From the NCBI GenBank assembly GCA_964035545.1, contig OZ037767.1, positions 13,563,801 through 13,627,800 of the forward strand: a DNA stretch of 64,000 bases, read 5' to 3'. The notes below the pieces were generated by a model that saw only the letters and a list, made by a program, of their open reading frames with translations, was not told where the DNA came from and ran no database searches. This document shows positions 38,001 to 64,000 of the stretch, in pieces. Origin of the DNA: Bugula neritina (taxonomy: Eukaryota > Animalia > Bryozoa). Position numbers and translations under genes: made by a program. The number at the start of each line of letters is the position of its first letter. The stretch's first letter is position 1.

Positions 38001-41000
38001 AAGCTAATTACAGCATGTCCACTTTACCTGCATGCACAGTGCAGGTGAGGTGTGCTTTTTGATATAAACAATGTAAATTTCAATAAAAATCTTTTCTCAA
38101 CCAATAGATAATTTCAATCTTGTTTATCGTTATAAAATTAAAGTCTGCGTCACATTTATAAACCATGTATATTTCTGGAGTAATCTTCTCTTGGCTGATA
38201 TAATTTGACTTGGATAGTTGTTTTCATGTGAGAATCATATTAAAAAAGTGTATGTTGATTTAGTTAGTTTGTGGTTCCATAGTTTAGCTTTGCTACAGCT
38301 GAGAGGGGAGTTGTAGCTACGCCCTCTCTCTCTTTCCTATTGCTGGTTCAGCATGCGTGCTCATATGTTCTCAACTGGGTAGTATATAACACGGTGTAGA
38401 CTGTATATTACAGCCAGACACGGTGAACGCATACATTGATGTGATGGCTGACCTGTTGGAAAAGTTCTTGATCTCCAGGTAAGCTTGTTACTAATTTTAG
38501 TTCGTGTCTGTGTATTGTGTAGCCAATAGTCTTGTGGTAACAGAATTCTCTGGAGATTATAGTTCAGATCCAACACCTCTTAGCTGGTTACACTGTTACA
38601 TTCTTTCTCAGCTACAGTTATTCTATTTTTATGTTTTCTCAGTCTTAAACCTTCAGTAAAGCCAGTTTAATTATGGTGCTGATATAAGAATTTGGGAAAG
38701 TATAAGAGAAAAATATTTACATTAAATATGTATATGATATAGACTCCAACGGTATTGAACTATCACAGGTTCATCTGCTTCTATTCGTGTCTTCTGCTGC
38801 TGTGTCGTCTGCTGCTGTGTCGTCTGCTGTGCTGATATTGCTTTCTATATTTCTCTCTCTCTCAGCTCTGCTGTACAAGGCTCACGCCAAGCAACTGGTG
38901 TCAACAGATTTGGGCTCTTCTACTTTCTGGTAAACCTGGCGGAGAGCATGGAAGTTGTAAAAGTTGTGTCAGCTTGGTCACGACTCCTGAAACTGGCAGG
39001 TGAGTTGTTAGCACTTGTCGGGGAAATGAAGTCGTCATCTCTGGCTATAGAACATTGTGTTTTGTTATGCTTATTAAAAATAAAATGCAAAAAATGGTGA
39101 AAGCTAGACAACTTGTTGCAAGGGTAATGCATGGCAGCAATTTGTGAAGAGATCTTGAGACGATGCCGATCAAACCTCATTACATCACTTTTCTTGGAAA
39201 GGATCAGTAGTGAAGCAGATTGTTGCATGTTTCCAACTGAAGGCAACTTACTAACCTTTTTTGTGTGTTCTAGTCAGTCATGAAGTTCACAACCCCACGA
39301 GTGATACGAGTGTCAAGGAGTGTGCGTCTCTCAACAGAATGCTCTCTCTGCTACTCACTGAGTACACTATCTCACAGTACGTATACTCTCTCTCTCACTG
39401 AGTACACTAGCCCACAGTACGTATACTTACTCTCTCACTGAGTACATTAGTCCACAGTACGTATACTCTCTCTCACTGAGTACACTAGTCCACAGTACGT
39501 ATACTCTCTCTCTCTCTCTCTCACTGAGTACACTAGTCCACAGTACGTATACTCTCTCTCTCACTGAGTACACTAGTCCACAGTACGTATACTCTCTCTC
39601 TCACTGAGTACACTAGTCCACAGTACGTATACTTACTCTCGCTCTCTCCCTCATTCAGGTGCTGTTTGCGCTTGTGTAACTACTTTAGGCTATTCTAAAC
39701 TGGGACACCCTTCTCAGGGTGAGTGTATGGGTACTTGGCATTCTGTGTAATTTAAAATTCTGTATTCTGTGATATGGTGTTATTGTATTACAGTAATAGG
39801 GTATTGCAGTAATATGATACTGTATTATGATATTGTTGTATTTATGTTTTGTTCTGGATATTCCTTAATAATCACTTGTCACATTTGATCAACTAGAAGC
39901 TTTTACTTTAAATACAGAGATTAGTTGTTGTTGTTCCTTATGCTCGTGTAGCCTGAAATCCTATAAATATTACCTCCAGTGATGGTGCCGGTGATGATGA
40001 GTGCCTTCTCTACCTGTTGAACTGTAACCATAGATGTGTGGATCGGCAGCTGAAAAGAGTTTTGGATGCTGTCTGGCAGTCTCAACATTCCCACGTGAGT
40101 TTATTGCAATTATGTGGTTTATAATGGTCACAATATGTTCACTGTATGTACTTGTTACTAGTGATGAATTCGTAATTAGTATTAGAATTAATTGGTTATA
40201 TAGATGGCTGAAAGTTCAAAGGTCACACTCACAGTTCAAAGGTTACACTCACAGTTCATAAGTGATACACCGGCTTTCCATGTACCGATCTCAGATCGAT
40301 CTTAGCGAGATCGATCCACGGAAAGGCGTCAAAGATCGATCTCAGTCGTTCTAAGCTGGTCAGTCTGTAGAGCTCGAACTCTGATCGATCTCAAAGCAAT
40401 AAGACCATGGAAAGACGAAAGATCGATCTGAGAAGTGGAAAAATGACTGCTCGCTACAATGTTGTCTGCTAATAAAAATGATAACTTATTGTTAATTACT
40501 AAGCCAAGTACTTAATAATTAAGATAGCCACCTTTTCAGGTGGCAAAACTTTGACTTTCAGTACAATCATTAAGAAAACTCAATTATATGCAGTAGAAGG
40601 TAAAAAATGGGAGAATTTAAATTGAATTTAAATGACTATTAAAACTTAGTTTTATTAGCTATTTTCTTTGTAATTTTAAGCTTAACAGTCCTGTAAGTGT
40701 ATTAATAATCTGCAAGACAGCCATTAATTTTATATAAGCTTTCAAGCTAAAAAAATAAAATTAATTATTTTAAATTGGCCAAATTACCATACACTGAAAG
40801 CTTTGCTGCGTATAGTTTATAGCTGGGATTAAATTTTAGACTACGGCCATCTTGTTTTCAACAGTAGTAGCTTTAATCACTCAAAAAGGTGAACAAATTA
40901 TACTTTTAAAGTATCCTTCACTTAAGAGGAGGCAACTTCGCGAGATCGATCTGACACTCTCATGGAAAAACGATCGATCTGAGCACATTTCTGAGATCGA

Positions 41001-42371
41001 TCTGAGATCGGTACATGGAAAGCCCGTGATACACATACACATAGATCAATGTTCCCATTCTATTTACTGTGTAATAACAAAGACTCCATGAAGAGCTGGA
41101 ATAGAAATTACAAACAAAATTGAAAGTATGAATACTGTAATATTTGTAAACTGGTAAAGTCTGTGTATTTTCACCGTGCATTTCCTCCTATATATTCAGA
41201 AGAGCCCTTTACTATCCTCTCTGCTGGAGACATACCATAAGATGAGACAACTCCCAAAGCTCATTGGAATAATGGCAGACAGTGTGCTCTCCTTTCCTCA
41301 GCCTTGTCATCTCGCAAATGGGGCCTTAGACAGGTATCAATCTGAACTATTTAAATGTTTGTAAAGTCATTTATATTTTCTAGTGCTTACAAGCATCAAA
41401 AAGTGCTTTGGTCTGATTGTCTGGAAACTTTAGGTGTATTTATTTGAGAGTTATGCACTCTGTGCAAAGATGCCCATACTATAAATAAGATTGTTTGGTA
41501 AGGTACTAGCACATACATAGTACTACACTGATACCTACTATGATGGCTGGCTCTGGCCTATCACTGCTTCAGAAGGTAAAACTGTAGATAATCGACTGAA
41601 TATCAAGTTCTCCTCTGTCACCCAAAAATGTTGTGCTTCAAAAGCACATGAAATAAAGCTTTTCGTTATAGTTTTGAATTTAGTGGCAGTCAGTTTGTCA
41701 TCAACTTTCGTAGATACTGTGCATGTTGCAGTGTTCCTGTAGTATTACTTCTCTGTAGTTTGAGGGAGGTCATATCCACCAGCCCTGTCACGGTGTGCCT
41801 TGAGATCTGGCAGAGTCTATACACTAAGATATGTGAGAGTATGGACAGTGCTACTGTCACGCAGTGTCTGGTGTTATGTGACTTCCTCTCCGGTATCATG
41901 TCTCACATGAAAGTCTACGATTCCACTGTCCCTCTCAACTCTAAGCGCAAGGTATTTGGCTTGTCTTGGCATTTTTTGTCTACCCCTTGCAAGTTTACTC
42001 TTATACTACATATAGTATTTTACAAGTTCCGGTTCTAATTCAGCATACTTTTAAAATTTTCTCGCTGTTTCTAATAAGTTTTCGCTCTATAATCTATTTC
42101 TACTGGGATTTTGTAAGATTTGCAGTTTTCTATAAGATTTTACAGGACTCCGTTGCTATTGAGTTCACATGATTCCTTCGTAGACTGAGTTCTACAAACA
42201 GCTCTGCCCGTCTTTTAATGACTGACTCACCTCCAACTTATATTATGTTTCAGCTCATCACCCAGCTGTTGGCCATGCAGACGTATCTGTCAGCTTGTTT
42301 GACTTCCTGGGAGTCTTCTGTGAGTAGAGTCTGAATAGTAGTAGCAGCAGCAGTAGTAGTAGTAGTAGTAC

Positions 42372-42436
<65 letters not shown>

Positions 42437-45400
42437 CTAGTAGTTGTAGTAGCTGTAGTACTACTAGCAGTAGTAGTAGTAGTAGCAGAAGATTGGAAGT
42501 GATAGTAGTGGTTCAAGAATTTGATTAGTCGTAGGAGATTAATTCTAGCATTGATAGTATTATTACTAGTTGCTAGTCTACTGTAGTGCTGGCAGTACTA
42601 GTGATACAGTATTGTGTTCTAAAGGTGGTGAGTGAAAGACACTGTTTGCTAGCCACTCTAGTCGACTCTTGTGTTGCCATGGCGATAGTCCTGTACCGAT
42701 ACGTCACAACTGAGCAGGTGGAAGAGGACTACCTCCGACCCGCTATTCTCCTAGTAGACAAGACTATTGAGTGTAGTCCGAGTGTAGAGTCGCACCAACT
42801 GCTGACTAAGTACATCCAGGTATTTTATTTACTTCCTGTGTAGAAGTGATGCAGTTTTCGCACGTTTGGTATAAACAAGCTGGTGTCATTATGTTGAATT
42901 TGTAGGTGAAGTTGAATTCACACAGAATCGCTCTACAGGAGTTATTGTCTGACAATGTGGAGTTTAAACAGACCCTCCCCTCTCTCTCTGCTATCCTTGA
43001 CATTTGGAACTCGGTCTCCACCTCGTCTGCTTATAGGAACGCAGCATTTTCCTCGGTGAGTAGCGACTTTCCCAAAAGCCAAGGCAAACACTTGAAACCA
43101 CCTAACGTGATTTTAAATAGTTTTAAGTGGTTTTAAAACCACTTAAATGTCAATGATAGTATTTTGTGCTAATTTAGCTTTTGTGTATGACCTTCAGCTG
43201 TTAGATATCAAGTCGGACAACGCTGCCACCCTCCTCTTCTCTCACGTGACCACCAGCTCACTGGTCATTCAACTTTCGCTCTCACCGAGTCACATGACTG
43301 ACTTTGTGAAGCTTCTATTGGATGCCACGCTGTTCTCCGAGAAGCCCTTCTTCCTGTAAGTTTTTATGGCAAAGGATTTTTTTCTACCTTTTTGACAGTT
43401 GATCGTTAAGTTATTTCATAATTTTAATCCATCTTAGATATATAATAGTGCAGTGGGTGTGGCTACAGTAGGATAGACTACTGTTTGTTGCTGTTACTAT
43501 GGTTACTGTGATTCACTCAGTTATGGGTCTACAGTCACTGTGTTGGTTAATATTGTCCGTTGTGCTGCAGGGAGAAGGTAACTCCTTTCTTTAGCTCCTG
43601 GAAGTTCACAGAGTTGCCTGTATTGTTTCACGAGAGTCTCGTAGTGGAGACAACTACCAGATTATCTAGTATTCTCAGTCTACAGCAGCCCGGCAGGTAT
43701 TTGCTAAGAGTTACTCTACACTCTGTAGTGTTGAGTTTACCCAGCAGCCCGTGTGGTGTAATTGGTTAGAGCGCTTGCTTGCAAGCCGTAGGTCTGTGGT
43801 TCGAATCTCGGTGGGGGCAATTATTTTACACACACAAATTTAGTGTTTTATGTTCTGTAATATATTTACTGCATAGTAGTTCTCATGTTGAATATATTAC
43901 AAATGTTTACTTGTTGGGATGCATTTGCATACTAAGTCCCAAATATCGTATACCTACTGTTGTATTGGCGTAATGTGGAATGAGTTATTAGATGTGCTCT
44001 ACTGTCTAGTAGAGTGTCTATATAATATATTTCTGCACACATAATCAGTGTGTCCAGTTTTTTCCATTATGCTGCCTGTGTGTTATGAAAGTGGGCGTGG
44101 CATTAAAGCTGCCACAAGACCTCTCTAGAGCTTGGATAGAGTTCCTTGTGAATGTATCTGTTGACAGCAGAAAGAAAGAAAAGAAGGGAAAAGCAAAGGC
44201 TAAGGATATTTCCCCCAGTCCACCCTTGCTTGAATACTTTGCCTGTCTTGGAGATTGTGTTAAACCCGGAGAGACAAAGACTGAAACTATCAGTCTAAAT
44301 TTGCAGAGGTGATGTTTCGTCAGTCTACTACTGTTATTTTTATACACTTTGTCAGTTGTGAGTAGCTAGCATTCTTCATTATCAACTGACACCTTCTCTT
44401 AGAAAATCTTTCATCAGGTTACCTGGAGACTAATAGGGCACTGTTGGAGTTGTCTATACATTATGCTTTTTACTTAGGCTCTATGAGAAAACTGCTGGAA
44501 TACTGTTGGAGTTGTCATCCCATCCCTCAACTCAGCAAGTAGATGCAATTGTCAGATGTGTGCGTGTGTTGGAGAGTGTAGCTACGAGTAGAAACATTTG
44601 GAGCACTTCTGTAGCTTCTGTGTTTCCCTCTCTGTTTGCCGTGCTGCTCAACTGTCTGCACTCGGCGTTACTCCACCACAACACTGCAACCTGTGGTACT
44701 AATGACTGGGTAAGTGTTACATACGTACACTTTGTGAGCACTCTGGCTGGAACAGATTATCCTTGGAACTAGTGTGTTGTTACTAATCGCCTTACAATTG
44801 GGACTGTGTTGTGTCAAATGATTTCAAAACTATCCAGTAACAAATTCAATGAAACTCAGTCTAAAAAGAATGCTTTGAATGTGAATATTAAAAAAGTTTT
44901 GATTCTATAGCAAAACTTCTGGGATATCAATAACTAAGTAGAACTTATCATCGTGGTTGTTCCTAAGGGGTATGTTTATGTTTTAAGTTATTGGCAATGG
45001 ATAGGAATGTCATGTTTACTGCGATTGATTTTAGGAAAAGGAAACTTTTGTAAGTACAAAGATCTCTATACTGAAGTTGCTGGTCATGTCTATAAACAGT
45101 GACCTCTCCGCTCACTTTCTACAGTGTGTTGGTCTGGAGAACATATTTACTTTCATAGCCTCAGTCTCACCTATTGAGGTGAGTATCATTGTGGGGACAA
45201 CCACCTCTTCCCCTTCTTTTCTCTTACTGATGTATAACTCTCAGTCTATGTATGTCTGTAACTACAGTTGATATTGTGTAGGGGTTCAGTGAAGATGTAC
45301 TGTTGGAGAGCTTGGCTCAGGCAGTCAACAGAGGGGGTGACGACATTGTGAATTCAGCTGTTCATTTCCTCTCCAAGGTTTGGCTTTTGCTTGTAACATA

Positions 45401-48400
45401 ATTTGCTAGAACAGATATACATGAGTAGTTCCTGCTCGGTCAGCACGCCCAGCTTGTTATATTAATCACTGTCGTCTGCTGCTGTAGGTCTATGAGGCTC
45501 TGAAAGCTGACTTCCTGTCGAGAAAAAATGAGTCTACAAATCTGCAATACAAATTCTTCTTCAGAGTCGTCTTCTCTACTCTCAAGGTAGTTGGATATAT
45601 AAACGGAAATACTAGTTTCAGGTACACTATTGGGCTGATGTACGTATCAATGTGTTTTTGTGTTTTACAGCCTCATCAAAGGAATTCCACAATTCGAAAT
45701 TCTCTCAACTCTTGGGTGACTGAAACTACAAAAGACTTGTGCGAAACTGTAGCCAATCTGAAGGTTCCCGCGTCGGAACTGTTTTCCAGCAGCTCCAGTC
45801 TAACCAATGAGCTTTTAGTTTGGCTCAGTTTGTCGCCTCATGAGGCTGGGGGGAAGATTTCAGATATAACTAAGTTCGCCGTTGATGATTTGAAACTGAT
45901 AGTCAGTCAAAAGGTATGCTCACTGTGAGTTGTCAGTCATTGACTCAGACTATCCATGAGTCAGACTATCCGTGACTCAGACTATCCATGACTCAGATGC
46001 AGGAATAACGCAACTAGTTTCGTTTTGTGAGATGCTTTCTTGCACAATGGTCCTCTGCTTTGTTAGTGGACTGTTGGAGTGAACATCTAGAAGCTGTTGT
46101 GTGTCATGCTGTCGGCCATCTTACGAACTTTCTATTAAGCAGGTCAATTTATCTTTTATAAGTTGGCAAATCCTAAGGAAATGTATAGTTTACTTAGTTT
46201 TTGTTATTGTCTATATTTTTGTAGAAAGAGTGGAATGGGAAGAAGGTGGAGTCTATTCTGACCTATTTAAAGAATATTCTTCAAATCAGCAGTCATCCTT
46301 CTGCTTCGACTCACTCCAATAAAAATGTCACACATAAATCCACCAGATGTCCTCCTTCAATGTTGTTTCCCTTGTGGAAGGTCGTGACCTCGCTGTCAGC
46401 TCTAGCGGATGACTCATCAATTCGCGGGCATCTGTCAGATTTAGTACACTGTTTAGTCGCGTCAGCTGATGAGACCACCTTGATGTCTTATCTGAATCAT
46501 CTACACTCTTTGGTTAGTGTTGATTAGACTACGTTCATCTCTACACTCTTTGGTTAGTGTTTTCTCGGCGTCTTTCTTCTCAAAGGTTATTAGTATTTTG
46601 TTTGAGCATTTAAATCAGAGATTTGCATTGGTTGCTTCTGGCATAACTAATGAATTTTATGTTAAGAATCATTTGATTGGTTAATTTAGGTAATAACTTC
46701 GGTCAATGGCAACATTTACTGTAATGAGGTACACACAAGTTAGCTGGATGTAGTGTTACAATTACTACTAGTGTTCAGGTTTGTGTTCTTGATTTGTTTC
46801 TAGGTTACTGACCGAGTCCTCACCTGTCCTGCTATTCACTCCTTCATACAGATGTGGGCGTGTCTACTAGGATGTGACACGCCCAGCAAGTCTGTCATTG
46901 AAACTCACTCCAGACAGGTGTGTGACATGCCCCGCCTACATTACATCACTTCCTCTCTACTTATTTTACTACTAATACTACTACCCCTGCTACTACTACT
47001 AGTACTACTACTACTTATACTACTAACGCTACTGCTGGTACTACTGCTAGTACTACTACTACTACTACTGCTGCTACTAGTACTACTGCTACTACTGCTA
47101 GTACCACTACTACTGCTGCTGCTGCTGCTGCTGCTACTAGTACTACTAATACTAATACTAATACTACAAATACTTATACTACTACTGCTACTAGCACTGC
47201 TACTACTATTTTAAGTATTGCATCTTTTTACAGTTAATGACGGAATGTCAAGGGTATATCTCTTGGCTCGCTGATGGACTAACAGACACCGTGCAGAAAG
47301 GTCTGCTTGTAGACCTTCTCTCCCTATTGGCTAGTATTTTAGCTAAAGGAAAGGTTTGTTCTACAGTTACTCTGTTCTACAGATACTCTGTTCTACTGAC
47401 ACTCTGTTCTACAGTTACTCTTTTTCTACAGATAATCTGTTCTACAGATACTCTGTTCTACAGATCTGTATATCTCATGCCTTTTGTACTTTACTAAAAT
47501 ATGTTAATGAACATATATTCCATGTTTAGAATTGTGGTCTGCCATAGTAGTATATTCTATGCTCTACATATAAAATGTTTTTTGTGCTTTATTCTTCATT
47601 ATGTACTCCATTACTCTTTACTTGACAATATACACTTTATACTATGTACTTTATATTCTGCATTCTACTCTCTGTACTCCATACTTTAGACTCTTCGCGC
47701 GTGTGTTTGTCATTTCCCTTATTTTCTAATCCTTGCCTTCTATACAAGTCTTATTTCACAATTATAGACGTACTGTGATGGCCAAGGCATATCTGCAGTA
47801 ATCTCGGGGTTACATCTCTGTCTACCCAGCAAACACGTTTACCACGTTGACGAACTCATACAACCTCTATCAGCCATTCAGAAGATATTGGCAGCCATGT
47901 TGTTGCATCATCAACTATCGGCCAATCATAATCTCGCCATCTTTGCTTCTGTTATTACAAATATCCTTTAATACACTTTTGAAATTTTTGTATTGTTTTA
48001 GAGAATAGCGTTGCAGTATATCTTACTTCTATACCTGATGCCGTTAGTTTAATCGTGTATTCTGGGTAATATAAATGTTCCTTTCGCTATCACTTAGTTT
48101 CCTAGACTAAGTATTTTCCTTGACCTTAGCCTCAGCACAGTTTGTTGAGATTATCATCATGTTCTCAGTGCAAGGTTTAGATGTTGATAAAAAGATTCAT
48201 CATGTGGAAAAGGAGTTAATTTGCTGCTGTCAGCAATTGCAAAAGTGAGTTGCACACGAGTAGATACAACTAGTTAGGGGGAGGTAACTTTAAAAATTAG
48301 TTAGTTAAACACACCAGTAGACACATGTTGTCTTTTAAGATGGGAAGTTGCTAAATTTTCATCATTACGCTTTTTTCCAGCCTTTGTTTGGAGTTGTCTC

Positions 48401-49266
48401 TATTTTCAGAGACAATTGCTAGTAAGTAAAACTAGAAAACTTGAAAAATTTTGACTTGCCAATGATAGTCTTACTAAAACTTTGCAAAATCAACTAATTT
48501 AGAAGCTCATTGTAGCATGGCAATTTCTATTTTCTACAAATTGTTCTAGAGTAAATTTGTAGTAACAAAAATTATGATATAGTTATTAATTCTAATTTTC
48601 CATCATTTTTTCCGCTTACCTTTGAGAAAAAGAAAACAATTCTCAATAGCTTTTACAAATTTGTTGTTGAGGCTGTTTATTGAGATTTCACATCTCTAGT
48701 TAACTAGTTGCAGCATAAATGGTTGTTGATGTTTGTAACTCAACATTTCTCATTGTTGCAAAGAAATGTTAGCTAGCTGCTGGTAAACTCACAAAATGTG
48801 CTTGTGTTGTTTTATTTCAGAGTCATTAGCCTCATGTCCGGCTATCCTCAAATATTTGGCAAAGTCTCGTCTTTTATTCTATCAGATGTGGTCCACAGTC
48901 TAAAGTCTGTCACGTTGCTGCCAAATGTCAAGGTTAGCTCGAAATTCATTTCCTGTTGATTTCAACCAATTAGCAGAAAATTAACGTGTACCTAAGCAGA
49001 TCTCTCCGTGAAATTGTAGGTTGAAGGATTCCAATAGTGTTTCTATTATTTTACATTCATGGTTCTCATTTTGGAGTTGTTTACTCGACTGATATGCTTG
49101 TTTCTTGTAGAAGTACCTTTACTCTGCACTCAATGGACTATTCGACTTACTGGACGAGTTTTCCTCCATCATGTTGAAGACAAACCTGAAGGAAGCTGAG
49201 AGGGAGATTTTCAAGGCGATATACAGTCAATGGGAAAAGTACCACAAGTATACAGGGAAAGTGTGA
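35075..49266 (+). CDS. URB2: Nucleolar pre-ribosomal protein URB2/Npa2 (multi-exon)
   Basis: N-terminus LSWSVRLEKAN...PRREQVLIDW resembles recalled URB2 (SWEDKLKLA...PNKEQVLLDW); C-terminal Urb2 domain LFDLLDEFSSIMLKTNLKEAEREIFKAIYSQWEKYHKYTGKV*. Confidence 0.87.
37503..37736. repeat. 12-bp minisatellite (cagtatatcrta, ~19 units) filling a URB2 intron
   Basis: Tandem array between the donor at 37493 and the acceptor at 37762. Confidence 0.95.
39352..39640 (+). repeat. ~38-48 bp minisatellite made of copies of a URB2 exon end plus 5' splice site (7 units)
   Basis: Unit ctcactgagtacactagtccaca|gtacgtatactct; the first unit is the real exon end with its donor at 39377. Confidence 0.88.
40268..41028. 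mobile_element. Non-autonomous CMC (CACTA/Chapaev-like) element
   Basis: ~35-bp TIR cac(c/g)ggctttccatgtaccgatctcagatcgatct, CAC...GTG ends, 3-bp TSD ATA, repeated subterminal agatcgatct palindromes. Confidence 0.85.
42335..42490. repeat. (AGT)n microsatellite just after a URB2 donor
   Basis: Direct reading. Confidence 0.95.
43743..43820 (+). mobile_element. tRNA(Ala-like)-derived SINE
   Basis: A box tggtgtaattggttaga, gcttgcaagc anticodon-arm-like stretch, B box ggttcgaatct; acceptor stem does not close. Confidence 0.7.
46965..47210. repeat. Degenerate (CTA/CTG)n microsatellite
   Basis: Accounts for the spurious poly-Leu ORF 46852-47214. Confidence 0.95.
47961..48138 (+). other. U12-type (minor spliceosome) AT-AC intron in URB2
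   Basis: 5' site |ATATCCTTT, branch site TTCCTTGAC at 48116-48124, 3' site CAC| at 48138; splicing keeps the frame (SVITK FVEIII). Confidence 0.9.
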
Positions 49267-50450
49267 TCTACAGTTACCGCCACTTTTTAAGACTTGTGCT
49301 GCGGAGAAACTGTAATCTGCAATGATTACAGTGTGATGCAGGGAAAGTGCAATCTGCAGTATTTACAGTCTACTTTCCATCTGACAGTGGGAGCTTGTGA
49401 GGCCAACAAACATTGATGAGCCACATTGGCATTTTGAAAGAATATCATTTAACAGACAAAAATATTACATACATTTATGTTCCGACTTTTTTGTAACCTA
49501 AATTGTTTAACCTATAAACTAATTGATAAAGAATCGATAGATGAATAATCACAAAGCCTTCACTACTCATAAGTACATTAAATAAGAATAATAATGAGCT
49601 ACCAGAGTACATAGAGATACATCAGATATGCTTATCAACTTCTTGAATTGCTATTCTGTGACAATGTAATAATTCTGTGATGTAATAATTCTACATCAGC
49701 ACCTTTATTATTTAAAACAACAGAAATGGGAATAACTAGTAGCACAGTTGTTCTGTCTAAAAGTTGAAGGTGCAAATACCTGTGTAGTATATAAAGAAAA
49801 TAGAACGTTAATCACCTTTAAAAAGTGTGTACTGAGAGGGGGTCTAGGGTGAAGGTCACATTGATACTTCACCCTCATAATCAAGTTGTATAATAGTTAC
49901 ATACAGTAAAGAAATTTACAAAGAGTAGATATAGACTTGTCTACAGACCAATAAAAATTATTACAATATCATATAATAAAGTAAATACAAATAAAGCCCA
50001 AGTGCTAAGTAAACTGTACTAACAAATCTCTCATTAGTTGCCCAAAAAAATACCACAAATACAAAATTAGATTATGTAGTAAAGACTAAATGCATGGGTA
50101 GCAAAATAACTGATATTTACACAAAGAGAAATTAGTAAAAATAACGTTTTGGGATAGAAAGGCCGACATCTAGATAAATTAAAATCACGATTCAGCAGAT
50201 ATTTGGTGCTTTTGGATAAAACATAATGCGTTGCAAAAACAACTCCAAACAAAGGCAATGAAAAATAAAAATCAAGTGAAAGTGGGTTGGAGTTGCCCCA
50301 CTGACCTGTGCAAGTCGACACTAGAACACCAACTAATATCTAGTCAGGTGATAGATATGAAAAAGTGAGAAAAACTCTATTAAGTAATCATATAAAAAAC
50401 TAGTATGGAAATAGGATCAGGTGGCCCAGGCTAGAGATATGATAGGCTGT

Positions 50451-63432
<12,982 letters not shown>

Positions 63433-64000
63433 TCTAGAGCAGGTGCTAGAAGGTGGCTACAGTGTCACATATGCAAGAGAGCTGAGTGTAGTCCTACAAG
63501 AGAGAATGAAACAATAAAATGTAATCTACTTGGCTATAGTATGTACTACTACTGCTACTACTACTACTAGCAGTGCAGCCTATATAGGATGGGGGGAGAT
63601 AAGACTAAGATAGATACAGGAAAGCTAATATTAGATATTTGAGGTAATTATACAAGTTATTAGACAAGCTGGCATTTACAGCAACCTGTCTAATAGACTA
63701 CATTGCAGTTCTGCTTTTCAGTGAATAGCCAGGATATTTTCAACCATAAAACGGCACTAAAATGTTCCTAAAAACTAGCAAAGAGTGCCATTGCTGAGAT
63801 TATGATAATTTTAGCACTCAACTTAAATAATGCTGGTGCCCCTACGACATCTAGTGAAGGCAAAATATAGTTGCTGTTAGTTCTGGATAAATCAACCAAA
63901 CAACAGTTGGAATGTAGCTATTAACATTTTACTAGCTACCTTCTAGCTATATGCTGAACTGTGTAGTAACTATTTACTATATAAAGACTTGGACATGTAG

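Noticed and set aside
39659-39718. Extra URB2 exon with a strong gtgagt donor
   Set aside because: No phase-compatible open frame with the flanking exons; direct splicing 39376^39980 is in frame.
43743-43820. Functional tRNA-Ala gene
   Set aside because: Acceptor and T stems do not pair fully, and diverged relatives elsewhere indicate a SINE.
37498-47214. Low-complexity ORFs (YSIS, poly-Thr, poly-Leu) and antisense ORFs over exons
   Set aside because: Artefacts of micro/minisatellites or shadows of real coding exons.
48268-48710. MITE with caactagtta termini
   Set aside because: Inverted match is only ~10 bp and there is no TSD.

Overview
AT-rich, intron-dense eukaryotic (invertebrate animal) DNA. 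Five spliced protein-coding genes can be reconstructed by hand: PPP1R36 (+, 6759-15803), an unnamed single-pass membrane protein with a MAM-like domain and about 11 EGF repeats (-, 16460-~23736), TAF6L (-, 24869-31614), URB2 (+, 35075-49266) and protein kinase D (-, 50451-63432). Mobile DNA includes an intact two-ORF CR1-type LINE (PHD ORF1; APE-RT ORF2), a decayed relative beside the TAF6L/URB2 divergent promoter, several non-autonomous DNA elements (hAT with a nested Tc1/mariner-type MITE, two CAC...GTG CMC-type elements, a palindromic MITE) and tRNA-derived SINEs. Many introns carry minisatellites. Most notable: (1) a clear U12-type AT-AC intron and a probable GC-AG intron in URB2; (2) minisatellites built from copies of the splice junction itself, giving arrays of decoy acceptors or donors that all lead to stops; (3) degenerate 3/6-bp-periodic AT-rich tracts that surround both promoters and both CR1 copies; (4) the unusual MAM-EGF11-TM protein. 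Gene models come from manual splice and frame reading plus recalled homology; no database search was run.
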